A DNA stretch of 64,000 nucleotides, taken from the NCBI RefSeq assembly GCF_006345805.1, contig NC_043000.1, forward strand, positions 101,494,001-101,558,000, written 5' to 3'. The notes under the pieces are model-generated. The model worked only from the letters and a program-made list of their open reading frames with translations. It was not told where the DNA came from and searched no databases. The first letter of the stretch is position 1. Each line of letters begins with the position of its first letter. This document shows, piece by piece, positions 38,838-53,400 of this stretch. Made by a program: the position numbers and the translations under genes. Origin of the DNA: Octopus sinensis (Eukaryota).

Positions 38838-41808
38838 TTGAGGAGATGCCTCCCTAGTCGCATGACTCTGACCATTTTCCACTTCCATTTATTCTGGGAA
38901 CAGGAGCTCAAAATGTTAATTTCTGAAGTGCTTGTAAGCAACTCTAGTGATTTTATAGGTGAAAAAGGGCTATACCCAATGCTAGTGGCCAAGTATTTAG
39001 TGCCTTAGGGCTAGCCTAAGGCACTGAATGTTTGGCCTCCAGCATGCCCTCTTCTCTTTGCCCTACAATGTGCATATCCTCTCATGGTGCTACAATGTGC
39101 TTCCCTCTTTTCTCAGTCCTACATTATGCAATTTAACAATTATTCTAGCAATCACATTCTTTACATCAGCTGAAAAATGTAATGGAAATTAACATAATTA
39201 GCTTGTGCACAACAAATCTGTAGTGTCATTATCATGCATATTACTAATTAAATCTGTTTTCTGACAAAATTATAAATGCTTCATATCAAATTGTTTGACA
39301 AGTAATCAGACCACAAAATTTTTTCTTCTTCCCTTCCATACTCCAATCCTGTTTGCCATCCTCTTCTAGTATGAGATTGACCATTCCTGCTGTTTTTTTG
39401 TTTTGAGTTTTTAGGTGGGTTGAGAAATTTTCTAAAAGTTGGTCAGAATTTGAGTGGCACCCCAAAATTTCAAAACCCTAACCATTTGCCCTGTTTGCTT
39501 AACTGTAACATCAGGTTTGTTCATAACCTCCTCATGTTAACGTATGAATTAACTAAAAACATTTGAAGATTATGTCCCAGCAAGGCTGAAACCAACAAAT
39601 GAATTATAACAAATATACTTTTATTTGTTCCTATTTATAAATTTATTGTTTTTATTTGTTACTGGTAAATTTACATTATTGCTTGTAATATATATATTAA
39701 GAGTCTCTAGTGTTTTTATTATTAACTTTTGAATTATGAAATATTGTATTTCACTCATAATTATTATATTATTCATTAAATTCAATCGTGTTTTTGTTTT
39801 GGAGAGAATTGAAATAAAGCTTCCAATTTCTGTTATTATAGTAGTAACTATGCAAGACTGGTGGGATTATTATTTGTATGGACTTAAAGATTGGTCGCTA
39901 TTTAGTATATAATTTAGTTATTGTAGGTTTATTATTAATACCAATACAGTACATAGATTTATGTGTTTCTTGTAGTTTTATTTTAGTGTTTAATCCTGTC
40001 TATATTTGATTGAATATTGTTGTACATAGGTTAAATGTGTTTGAAAGTTATGTGTTTTATTTTTTGGTATGTTTGTTTCCATACAGTACTTCTTTTAGTG
40101 TTGTTGACACCACCGGATTGAATGGTACTGCCCAGGTGTTGAAACCATAATGATATCCGTGGGGCAGCTGATGATGGAAGTATGTTGAATTGTTGGTATG
40201 GCTGTTTGTGTATATGTGGAATAGTGTTATAACACATTCATTTGATATAAGTTGACTGAGTGTTGAAATAATAATTATTGAATAAAAGAAATAGTTTTAT
40301 TTTCCCTAACAATTCTCAGTTCTCCATAGCAGAAGTGTCAAGGCTGCATCTCCTGATGAAACGGATTGGCCTGCAAAAGTTCTGTGCCGATGACATATAA
40401 AAGGTAGTCATGCTGGCACCATGTAAAAGTGCTCGTGCAGGTGCTATGTTAAAAGCAACCGGTGCACACTGTAAAGTATTTGGCATTAAGAAGGGCATTG
40501 ACCCATAGAAACCAAGCTGAATTAAACTGGAACTTGGTGCAGCTCTCTAGCTTGCTAGCTCTGATCAAACTGTCCATCCCATGCCAGCATGGAAAATGGA
40601 TGTTAAAGTAGGAGGAAGAGGATAGCCAAATTTGGCTCCAAACTTAAGTACTAGAACAGGAAAGTAAAATACTCAATTATTAGAACCTTGGTGCTCGAAG
40701 GTGTTCTTTTTCTTGATCTCAGAAGGATAAATGATAAAGGAGACCGCAGTGGGATTTGAAATCATAACATGAAGAGATGCAACTAAATATTACTTGCCAT
40801 TTTATCCACTGCTGCAGCAAATCTGACAATAATATATGGTAAAATTCTGTAATAAATCTGACTATTCTGAAGAAAGATAAACCCATAAAATATAACTAGT
40901 AAGCTGGATATAAAAAAAAAACTTCCTTAAGCAGAAATGTGCAAATGTACATTAAAATGATACAAGTCGTCATCATCATCATCATCATTTAAAGTATATA
41001 TTAAAAAAGGCAGACTTCATATTTCTTGTCCCAAAATCTGAAATTACAAATATATTGCTTTTAAAAGTCAACCATGTTTTTTTTCGTAAGTATCAAGTTA
41101 ACATTTGTGATTTAAATTACTGCAATAATCCAATCCTACATTTAAATGTTGCAGTAAATTTAGAAATTTGTTTTTGTTTTTCCTTTCCATGTTCAATTCA
41201 GAGATCTTGTCTTGCCTTGCAAGTTTCTTGATAACTTCACTAGTGTCAGTCTAGTAAAATGCACCCAGTATGTTCTGCAAAGTGGTTGGCATTAAGAAGG
41301 GCTGCTGGCCATAAAAAAACCATGCCAAAGCTGACATTTGTGCTTGGGGTAGTCCTCTGGTTCAACAGCCTCTGTTGAACTGTCCAACCCATTCCAACAT
41401 GGGGGAAAAAAAAAACCAGATGTTAAATGGTGATAATGATGATGATGACTAAGGCAATGATGATAATGTTGATAATGAGAGTGATGATGATGATGTTGAT
41501 AATGATAACAATGATGATGATGTATATTTTAATGTCATTTTGCTATGCAGTTATTTCTCTTGGACTATAGACCACAGAGTCATAAGTTCAACTCCTATGA
41601 AAACTGGTATGATCTACGCATAGGCAGGTTGTGTTACTTTGCTCACTCAAGCTTACATCATTTACAAAAAAATAAAAAAATATTCCTGTTCAGCTTTTAC
41701 TCCAAACTTCAGCAGTCATTGATAGGAAGACCATTTGGCTATTCTGTGCCATTTAGCACATTAGTCCATCCATACCTACAATTATCATCACCATCATCAT
41801 CGTCGTCG

Positions 41809-41858
<50 letters not shown>

Positions 41859-42274
41859 GTCATCATCATCAATAAATGTCTGCCTTCCATACTTGCATGG
41901 TTTAGATGGTTTGACAGGAACCGAACAGGCAGGAGCCTGCACCAGACTTCTGTGTTTTTACAGCTGGATACCCTTCCTCACACCAACCACCCAGCAGAGT
42001 GGACTGAGTTCTTTTTACATAATACAAGTACACACAAGGTGAGTTTGCCATGGTTTTTAGAGCTGGATGCCCTTTCAAATGCCAACCACTTTAGAATGTA
42101 GACTGGATACTTTTGAAGTAGCACCAGCACTGACAGGGTCACCAAGTAACTTGCAAAACAAAGATTCTTTGAGAGGGGAGGGAGCATTGGAGGAGATGTT
42201 CTGTTTTTTTTTTTTGTTTCGGTTGTTTTTGTGGCACATCAAATGAGAACTGATTGCTAACCACTAGTTTATGG

Positions 42275-42530
42275 GTAAAGGGTTAAGTCAGTTGTAAATG
42301 ACCATGGGATTGCACCTAGAAAGTTACCCTCCAAATCACAAGTCCAGGCAAGGTTATTTATGGAAGAACAGCAGTTGCTGATGCATACCAGCCTCTCCTT
42401 TCCTCACCACTGATGTTATCCAAGGGAAAGGCAAAGGCACCAGTGATGCACAACTAATTTCAACAGCTGAGTGAACTGGAGCAACATGAAATAAAGTGTC
42501 TTGCTCAAGAACATAGCTCACAGCCTGAAC
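42275..42530 (-). mobile_element. SINE family C, 5'-truncated
   Basis: Reverse complement of the 21608 body. Confidence 0.8.
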
Positions 42531-42648
42531 CTCCTCCATTTCATGGAGAAAAAAGGAACTTTGAGTATTCCTGCCTTGTTGTGACCCTTTCACAGCATAC
42601 AATTGCTTATTCTGAGAGAATGTGATAAAGAGAGAGGGGAGAGATGTT

Positions 42649-42686
<38 letters not shown>

Positions 42687-43639
42687 AGGGGTAGAAGAAA
42701 GAACAAAAGAAAGCTTGGTGAGAGAGAGAGAGAGGGGGGATAGGAGGAATAACAAGAGTGAGATTGGGGAAAGAGAGAGCGAGACAGAAAAGAATTGACC
42801 CAACTATTGATTTATAAAAACAATAGCTTAATCAGAAAATTATCCTGCTGGAAGAAATAGACATAAATATTCCAGTTAGCTTAAAACAAAATGTGAATTT
42901 ATATTTTCTTTCATTCTTTTGCTGCCCTTGTTAGTCTCTCTCTGTCTTTCTCTACTTTTGCCTCTGTCTTACTGGCCACCCGTCAGTATATCCGCCTCTC
43001 TTTCTCTCTCATACCGAAAAAAGAGAAGAGAAAAGAGCCAAATGTGGCATATAATTATTTCTCCACATCTCCGTGTTTCTATCAATTGTGTGTGTATGTA
43101 TGCGTGCATGTGTGAATAAATTTGTAAATGGATTTCCATTGGACTTGGTGATAAATATTCTTGTCGTTTGATCAACTGAATCATTAACTCATTGAACAAG
43201 AGCTTAAGAAGTACCTGATTGTTCCAACAATACTTGTATATTTAAAAAGAAAAAACATTGAGCAAAATTGACATGATGCAGGATGACTCCATGGAATTAC
43301 AGGTACAGATTTCATTATAGTTACCTTTAACCAGTTTTACTCACATGGCATTGTATTAACCTAAGGCTATTGTAAAATCCAAAACACCCAAACTTCCATG
43401 TAGTAGGATTGAACTTCAAACTTCATGATTGTAAAGTAAACTTTTTTAATCACTCAGGCATGCCTGTGTCTAGGCATAATAAGACTAAAATGCTTCTGGC
43501 ATTCTTACTAGCCACTGCTGGGATGATCTTAGTCTTGCTCCTATTATATACTGTGTTTATAAACACAACATTATTGTAAGAGATGTTGTCTCTGGAGGAA
43601 TATTACAGTAAATTTGCTTTTCAGTGATGTATTTACATT

Positions 43640-43778
43640 AAGTGTGGCCGTGTAAGAAGCTTGCTTTCCAACCACATGGTTCCAAGTTCAGTCCCACTGC
43701 ATGAAATTTTGGGCAAGTGCATTCTACTATAGCCTTGGACTGACCAAAGCTTTGTAAGTGGATTTGATAGATGTTAAC

Positions 43779-43822
<44 letters not shown>

Positions 43823-44257
43823 TGTGTGAATGTGTGTATATAAATATATATATATAGGTACAGTAGTGACTGTATGATAAGAAGCTTGCTTCCCAACCAG
43901 ATGGTTCCGGGTTCACTCCCACTGTGTGGCACCTTAGGCAAGTGTCTTCTACTATAGCCTCAGACTGACCAAAGCCTTGTGAGTGAATTTGCGAGATGGA
44001 AACTGAAAGAAGCCTGTCGGATATGTATATATGTGTGTGTGTATTTGTGTTTTTGTCTTTGTCCCCCCACCTTCACTTGACAACTGATATTGGTGTGTTT
44101 ACATTCCCATAACTTAGCAGTTCAGCAAAAGAGATTGATAAAACAAGTACTAAGGTTACAAAGAGTAAGTCCCAGGGTCAATTTGATCGATCGACTAGTG
44201 GCTATGCTCCAGCATGGCCACAGTCAAATGACTGAAGCAAGTAAAAGAATTAAAGAG
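43640..44257 (+). mobile_element. SINE family B head plus (TG)n, followed by a second full copy
   Basis: Two successive heads at about 43640 and 43857, one tail ending about 44257. Confidence 0.8.
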
Positions 44258-44340
44258 TACATACATATTACACATATATATATACATAAATACATACACA
44301 AGCACACATATACATATATGTATAAATATATACATACATA

Positions 44341-44413
<73 letters not shown>

Positions 44414-44445
44414 GTATATATATAATATATATATATATAATATAT

Positions 44446-44476
<31 letters not shown>

Positions 44477-44919
44477 GTATGTATACGTATATATATTTAT
44501 ATATGCATACACACATTCACCTCTATTTTCTATTTTGCTTTATATTCACCTGTATCACAGATCATCATCATAGCTGTCAATGTTATCGTCGTCATCATCA
44601 TCATCATCATCATTATCAACTGAAAGTACTTTTCCCTCCCAGTGCATTCCTGATAATCTATTCTTACCAGTACACTCATCTTTCTTTACCATCTTCAGCC
44701 AATGTCGTATGACGTTCAGTTCGTTAAATTTTCAACTTGTCCTCAGCTTTCCTCATAAATTAAGATTAGCCAACCTCCAGCAATTCATATCTACCTCATT
44801 TCTCGGCAATTGTTCATGATATGTTGCAAATCACTGTCCATATTTCACCACAGATACATCATCGTCATCGTCTTATTTCATACACATGCCTCATAAAATC
44901 TTTCTCCCATATTTGAGTA

Positions 44920-45490
44920 GAAACAAGATGGGGGAGGGGAGAGACAGAGATAGGGGTGGGGGATAGATATGTGAGATAGAAATTTGGAGAGAGAGAGAGT
45001 AAGTGGAGAGAGGAAGTTGGAGAGAGAGAGAAAGAGGAGAGAGAGGGAAAAGGAGAGAGAAAGTGGGAGAGAGATTGCAATGAGATAGAGAGTAAGCAAG
45101 GAGGGGAGAGACAGAGAGGGACAAATTGTGAGAGAGAGAGAGAAAGAAAGTGGGATAGAGATAGAAATGAGATAGAGCCAGCAAGAAGGAGAGGGAGAGA
45201 AAGGGATAGATTGTGTGTGTGAGAGAGAGAGAGAAAGTGGGAGAGAGATAGAAATGAGAGAAAGAGGAAGAGAGATAAAAATGAGAGAGAGAGAGAGAGC
45301 AAACAAGAATGAGAGAGAGAGATAAATTGTGTGTGAGAGAGAGAGAAGGATAAAGTGTGTGTGAGACAGAGAGACAGAGAGAGAAAGTGGATGAGAGAGA
45401 GAATGTAGGAGAGAGATAGAAACGAAAGACAGCTAGCAAGGAGGTGAGGGAGAGATAGAAAAAGAAAGAATGGGGGAGAGGAAAAGAGAG
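44920..45490. repeat. Long GA-rich polypurine low-complexity tract
   Basis: Imperfect (GA)n with recurring gagaaagtgggagagagat units. Confidence 0.9.
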
Positions 45491-45909
45491 AAATCCTGTT
45501 AAGTTAACTGTATTAGCAACATACCACAATGGTGCACATATAAATGATTATGCTACATGTTACTACATGTTACCGCTTCTTGAATTTGGTTTGAATTACT
45601 TGCCGCTTTTTCTTTTATACAGTAAAAGAAATAGTTTTATTTTTACTAGCAATTCTCCATAGCAGATGTTTCAAGGCTGCACATCCTGATGAAAAGGATT
45701 GGCCAGCAAAAGTCCTGTGCCAATGCCGCATAAAAGGCAGTCGTGCTCGCGCCATGTAAAAGCGCTCATGCCAGTGCCATATTAAAAGCATCTGAAAAGT
45801 GAAAAGTGGTTGCCATTAGAAAGGGCACTGAACCATAGAAACCAAGCTAAGTTAGACTAGAACCCGATGCAGCACTCTGGCTTGCTAGCTCTGATCAAAC
45901 TGTCCAGCC

Positions 45910-46711
45910 TGCAAAATTTTTTTTTTCTACGAGAGTTCCAGACCCCAGTAATGAGCTCATTTGCATGCAATCAATCAGAACTTACCTTTGACCTTGCTGT
46001 CAAGTTAACGAACACACTCTTATTTCTTTATTGCCCACAAGGGGCTAAACATAGACGAGACAAACAAAGACAGACAAAGGGATTAAGTCAATTACATCGA
46101 CTCCAGTGCATAACTAGTACTTATTTTATTGACCCCCAAAAGGATGAAAGGCAAAGTCGACCTCGGTGGAATTTGAACTCAGAACGTAACGGCAGATGAA
46201 ATACTGCTAAGCATTTCGCCTGGCGTGCTGACATTTCTGCCAGCTCACTGCCTTAACAAACACACTCTACCAAGTAAACTCAAAATGAAAAACGATGTTG
46301 TAAGTCGACCAATCACCAAGTTTTGCCTGATTTTAGAAGGAGACAAGTAATTAGATAGATTTGCATCTATACCTATTATTGGATTTTGTTAGGGCCCCAT
46401 ATGATAAAGATGTGGATGGGAAAAAAGTGGATAGAGGGTGATGTACTAGCAACCCTCTCCCTTCACTGTTTTAGAAAGTAAACAACACAAATAACTATGC
46501 AGAGACAGCCATGGTTGAAATAAGAACAAGAACAAGAAGCATTATTAAAAGAGAAAAGAACCATGGTCATTCCTTACCCAAGTGACCTTATCTTATCGCC
46601 CATTACTTGTTATGCACTCATAAATGAGTTTGATAGTTGAGCTCTGTTTGGCTGTATGCAAATGAGTTCATAACTGGGGTCCAGAACTCTCGTGGGAAAA
46701 GAAATTTTGTG
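45910..46711. mobile_element. Non-autonomous TIR DNA transposon (about 70-bp TIRs, 7-bp TSD tccagcc) with a nested SINE
   Basis: Left tgcaaaattt..acgagagttccagaccccagtaatgagctcatttgcatgc matches the reverse complement of the right end. tccagcc at 45903-45909 and 46712-46718. Confidence 0.85.
46021..46252 (-). mobile_element. SINE family A, full length, 16-bp TSD
   Basis: TSD ttaacRaacacactct at 46005-46020 and 46253-46268. Confidence 0.9.
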
Positions 46712-47574
46712 TCCAGCCCATGCCAGCATGGAAAATGGATGTTCTCCTTTATCATTTATTCTTCTGAGATCAATAAAATGAGAACCTTCAAGTACCGAGG
46801 TTGTAATATATGACTGTTTGACTTTCCTGGTTCAAGTACCAGTTTAAGTTTAGAGCCAAATTTGGCTACCTGCCTCTTCCTTCTCCTCCACCTACTTTAA
46901 CACTATTTCTTTTATTGCTTTTGAAATTTTGATTTTTAAAGATAAGAAAACTAAGGAATATTGGTTTCAAATTTTGGCATAAAGTCAGCAAGTTTGAGCA
47001 AGGGGGTAAATGGTAAATTGATTATATATATCACCCCCAGTGTTTAACTGGTATTATAATATTATTGCTTCTCGAAAGGATGAAAGGCAAAGTAGACCTC
47101 AGTGGAATTTGAATTCAGATTGTAAAGTTTGATGAAATACCATTAAGTATTTTGTCTTGTGTGCTAACGATTCTGCCAATTTACCTCCTTAGTAATGAAT
47201 ATTAGAAAGTTGTAATTTATTTGGAAACAAGGGAGGGTTAGCAACAGAGAGAGCACTCAGCCAGAGAAAAATTGCCTCAATAAGACTTGTCTAACCCATA
47301 CTAGCATAGAAAATGTAGATGTTAAATGATGATGATGATGATGATGATGAAATCCTGGTGATGATGATGATGATCAATGTCATCTTTTACATTGGCTTTC
47401 CATGCTAGTATGAGTAAAATGATTGAACAAAATTCAACGGACCACAGGACTATATCTTCTTTCAATGTCTTATTTTTGGCATGGTTTCTATGCCTGGAAG
47501 CCACCAGGCATAGAAATGTGTGTGAGTATGTATATATTTTCGTAACATATTTCTACTATATATATATGTATGTA

Positions 47575-47745
47575 GTTGGAATTTACAAAAAACAAATGAA
47601 ACAAAAGATGAAGACTGGTGTGTATGCGACAAATAGATGTATTAGTTTAACGCTCAGGAATTGAGAAAGCCTTTTACATTTTGAGCCTATGCTCTTCAAT
47701 AGAAAGGAACACAGAAATAAACAGAAAGAGAAAATAAAAAGGTCT
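47575..47745 (-). mobile_element. Second copy of the 25.8-kb HHR-bearing short repeat (degenerate core)
   Basis: Minus strand ccttt-CTATTGAAGAGCATAGGCTC-AAAATGTA-aaagg at about 47670-47707, with a similar downstream tail. Confidence 0.65.
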
Positions 47746-47761
47746 AGCAGCTATGTATGTG

Positions 47762-47826
<65 letters not shown>

Positions 47827-47905
47827 TGTGTGTATGTATGTATGTATATATATATGTATGTATGTGTCTGTATGTATATATATTTATGTATGCATGAATA
47901 TATGC

Positions 47906-47944
<39 letters not shown>

Positions 47945-49930
47945 TGTATGTTTAATCTTCTTGCAAAATTTTAAGTTTTTGTTATACATTCTTGCATAAT
48001 CCTTAGTGCTGTTAATCTGGTAGCCCTTAAATATCATTCACCTTGCAGAAACAGATATTACAAATTCTGATAAAGAGAGTGCTTCTACTTGCAACTGCTG
48101 TTCATGACAATATGAAGAATGCAATTACATTGCACAGAAACAAAACCAAAAAATATGTAGAAAACTGTCTCTGAAAATGTTAATATGGAAACTTATTAAT
48201 TTCTTTATAAAAACTTTTAAGAAAAATTAAATAGGAAAGTGATTTATTTCATGTTATTGTTCTTTTTATATTTCTTTTGTTAATTAACATATTTATTCAT
48301 TTATTTTTAATGAGGAATGGATTACCACAGATGTTTCATTTGATAGATTATTGTGATTTCCAGTTGAACAATTTCCATTTTGTATCTCATTACCAACAGT
48401 GAGCCACAGTGTTCAAAGAAAAGACATTTAATTTTTAAATGGCTCACTCCACTTGACTATAAATAGGTACCAACCAAGGAGTAAATTTACAGCTTTACCA
48501 TTATTAGAAGTGAGAAAATTTTTTAATTTAGAACTGTTTCATTAGCTTGACTTGCTGTTTTCAATTCTTCTCAAAAGCATTGGGAAGAGAAACTAGAAAC
48601 CATTCTAGTACTGAGTCACAGATCAAAGTAGAGCTCACAGTCATTCAATGATGTCATTAACTTGAGCCATAGTCTTGATTTAGTAAGTTTGTGATGATAT
48701 CTGATGAGTCACCATCCATTTCACATTAAACTCATTATGCACCAAGGAATTAAATTGTCATCCATGGTTCCTGAGAAGACAAACAAAATGAGTTTATTCA
48801 AACTTTTGTTTGTTGCATCAACTCTATGTCTTTAAGTTTAGATTTCCAAATCCCCATGTTTTAATCAACCTGCTGTGATATTTTGATAAATTCATGTGAA
48901 TCCACTTTTCTTTCAGTTTAAAGTGAGGTTGATTGTCACAGAAATCTAAGATTTTCATGCAACTTATTTCTATAGATGTTTGGTGTAGTTCTATCTCAGA
49001 AAAACGATGGTTGTGGTAATTATTTTCCTGTTTAGCTGATTGATTAAATGGAAGACTGTGTCTGGCATATGAACAGGCACATTGCTATATTGCTGTCATG
49101 GTTTATAAATTATGATCTTTAACATGTCGTACATAGCCTTGAGTGACTAGTTTTATCAAAGACATTTAGTTCTTGCAACTACCCTAACTATTCCTTGCTG
49201 TTATTGTTATTTACAACCAGAGATGGAGCGACTAGAAATCAATGGAATCATTTGGCATTTGTATATAAGATCAAAAGTAGAAACCCATATTTTATGTTTT
49301 TGGAGATCAGACCACGAATCTGAAATACAAGTTTGCCTTTATTGGATTTGTTGTAAACTGACTAATGTTAGGGATATACTTCTTCTAAAAGGAATTCTAC
49401 GAACAAGCCTAGCATTGAGTGGAATAAATTAATGGTTATAAAAATATTATTGTATATCTGATGTAACAGGGAACCAAAAAAACTGAAAAAAGCAATAATA
49501 ATTATTTGGAAACCAGAAGTTTGCTTTGCAGTCATGCGGTCCCAGTTCCAATTCTACTTGTGGTGTCTCCAGGAAATGCCATGGGTTGACCCATAGCTTG
49601 TGAGTAAAATTAAGTGTGTGGAAACTGTCAGATCGATTGTATCTGTAAGTCAATGGTTTGATCTTGCCACACGTCAGTGGAATTTGAACTCACAGCATAA
49701 AGAACCAGAAGAAATATTGCAAAGCATTATTTCCAATCTCCTATAACAATTTTGTCAACTCTTGAAGTATGAAGCAGTTTTTAAATCTACATCTTTTTTT
49801 TTTTATCAGGAATTGTGTTATTCTAAAGTGACAGCTGCCATTTAGATCATGCTGATCATCATTTTAATATAAAATGTTTTCTGCTGATTGGAGTGGTCTG
49901 CTGTATAAGCATTTTGGATGACAAGCTTAA

Positions 49931-50150
49931 CCCTTTAGCATTCAGATTACTTTGTCAAATGTGATGCTTATTCATTCACATTACTTTGAATTAACTATGC
50001 ATTATCTTGTAGCTTTGAAATTTCAATGATGTAATTATCTATTTTTTGAATGACATTATAAGGTAGGTGTGAGAGGCAGGATCTGACTGGTTTGAACATA
50101 AAACAGGTTGAGTATCTGCACCTGATATGGCCTGTTTAAATGCAAAAGGG
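49931..50150. mobile_element. piggyBac-like MITE
   Basis: TTAA|ccctttagcatt ... aatgcaaaaggg|TTAA, 220 bp. Other copies at about 11210, 17460, 17990 and 30532. Confidence 0.85.
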
Positions 50151-51425
50151 TTAATTTGGCACTTGATTTAACCCTTCTATCTGGGTCTGGACACCTTTAC
50201 CTGAATACACTTTTATCACAAACATAAAGCTTAGGTTTCTGTTCCAAGAGTAACTTTCTCCTTTATTCTTACCTATCTTGAAAGAGCTAAAAGCTGTCAT
50301 TAGCACTGCCCTTTCTCTTCAGACTAAATCATTACAAATAAAAACAACAAAATTGTAAAAACTACCATTCTTCTCAATGTTTTATCACCTCATCTGTTAG
50401 GTCCAGTATTTTCAGATTCAAACACATTATTGTTTTATCCTTGGTCGTTCTTCGCTGCCATTGCTACATTCCATTATCAGCCCACAACACCTTCTCTTCT
50501 CTTATCAAGTGTCAACTACTTACATCTCCACAACAGCGCAACTAAATCTCCTCTACTCAACAGTAAATGTCATTAATGTACAGACATTACTTCAACTTAC
50601 TTTTATTGAACTCCACCTTTTATGTTAGCAAATAAAGTTTGTTTTGTATGCATATACATGCTTCTGGATTCAAGCTCAAAGCTCTCTACCTTGGGGAAAA
50701 TATCTTCTACTCTAGTCTTGGATTGACTTATACCTTGTGAGTGAAATTTTGTTGACAAAAACTGAACAGAGACCCACTGTTTGTGTGTATGTGTGTATTG
50801 TCCATAATGTATCTACATCATCATCATAATATGCATGGTTTGGGCAGAATTTGTTGAATTTGGTTTATACAGCTGGATGCCTTTCCTGCTGCCAACTCTC
50901 ATCTGTTTTTAAGTAAGGTAATATTCTCCCACAACCTATGTTTTCCACAGAAGAAAGGAAACAAATGATGTTCATTTACAATCGACTTGCTAAATTAACA
51001 CAAGAACATGAACAAATACATACACACACTAGTACACACACACACACACACTCACACACACTCACACACACTCACACACACACATACACATGATAAGCAT
51101 TTAGTTTACTAAATCCACTTACAGGGTTTTGGTCAGCCTAGGGCTCTGGTAGAAAACAGCTGCCCGAAGTAGTGTACAGTGGAATTGAACCTGAAAGCAC
51201 ATGGCTCAGAAGCAAATTTCATAAGCCACACACCCATGTCTGAAGCTTTACATACATACAAGCATACATAGGTCCATACATGCATGCATTGCTGGCCTTG
51301 TACCTATATATGTATGTGTGTGTGAGGCATATGTGCATATATATGTATGTGTGCGTTCGTATATGTAAGTATTTGTATGTTGTATTTATATATATATATA
51401 TGTATTTATGTTTCTCTCTGTGTAT

Positions 51426-51484
51426 ATTCCACTGATGAGGCAAAGCATTCCTAAATGCAAAGTCAGAAATCCGGGATCTGGAAT
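51426..51484 (+). ncRNA. Type I hammerhead ribozyme, near-intact
   Basis: Stem I auucca/uggaau. CUGAUGA at 51432. Stem II ggc/guc plus gcauu/aaugc. GAAA at 51466. Stem III AUC/GAU. AUC cleavage triplet 51476-51478. One extra A before GAAA. Confidence 0.8.
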
Positions 51485-51620
51485 TATCCAGTAATTTTTT
51501 ACTAGTTTTATCTTGTCTTTTTGTCTTCTCTCCATGTTGCTATATGAACACTTAAAGTGGTTTTAGAGTTAGATCATGGCTGCTATTTTCAGCATGGCAG
51601 TATCTCGTAGATACCCTAAG

Positions 51621-51664
<44 letters not shown>

Positions 51665-52063
51665 AAGCCAGCAATTTTCTAGAGGTGGGTGTTTGGTTGA
51701 TACCATTGGCCCCTATACTTAAATGATACTTTATTATATTAACCCTAGAGGAACAAAAAGCCAAGTTAACTTCAGGTGGACATCATCTCAATGCATAAAG
51801 AGCCAGAAGAAATACTGCAAACCATTTTATCCAATCCCCTAACAACTCTGTCAGTTCTCCAAGAATGAGGCCATCTTTAAATCCCCATCATTTTACCAGG
51901 ATTTGTATTATTCTAAAGTGACAACTGCCATTTAGATTAACTATTGGACACTCTAGCTTTATCACGCTCAGCATTCAGATATTATGTTTCTGAACGAATG
52001 GTATCCTATCTCAGCATGCATTCATACACATTGTTTCAGCTATTTGTTCATAAAGCAGCAAGG

Positions 52064-52440
52064 AAATCACTATGTGGTTGCATGGCATGCTAAAAGTAAC
52101 AGCTAAATCTCTTTCAACTCACACAAAGAGAGAAGGGCAAGACTGATCTAGAGCTGAACAACAATAACTATTACAAAAATCTCTATGTGGTTGCACGGCT
52201 TACTAAAACTAACAGCTAAATCTCCTTCAACTCACACAAAGAGAGAAGGTTAAGACTGATCTAGAGCTGAACAACAGTAACTATAGCAAAAATCTCTATG
52301 TGGTTGCACGGCTTGCTAAAAATAACAGCTAAATCTTCTTCAACTCACACAAAGAGAAAATTATTAGTTCTTGCAGTCACTTTCAACATTGCTCTGTTTG
52401 GTCAAGAATGATCTGGAGCTGAACAGCAATATCTATTGCA
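52064..52440 (+). repeat. About 3 copies of a 113-bp tandem repeat derived from a dispersed short element
   Basis: ctatgtggttgca at 52070, 52183 and 52296. Related dispersed copies at about 1565 and 24400. Confidence 0.85.
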
Positions 52441-52739
52441 ACAACTTCCTTTGTATATTCATGTGTAACCAAGGACTGTATACTCATAATAAACAGCAAC
52501 AAAAGCTAATAAATAGCCATTCGTTTAACTAAATGGTGCTGACAGAGTGAATATTTTGACTTTGATGTTTGTAAATAATATTTTAGCGCCTTCCTTTAAA
52601 ACCATTTAATTTCATACTGTCTTCAAAACAGTAATGCACATTAATCAACTGAATATTTAGGCTATAGTTTTAATAAAATGTCCACAAAATTATATTGTTT
52701 GACATGTTACCTATGTATTTAGAATATATAAGTCTATAA

Positions 52740-53400
<661 letters not shown>

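Noticed and set aside
39550-40270. Possible further PLE remnant (minus-strand 'WAVPFNPVVST', weak HHR-like motif at about 39560)
   Set aside because: Similarity is too weak to support by eye. It needs a tblastn or HMM test.
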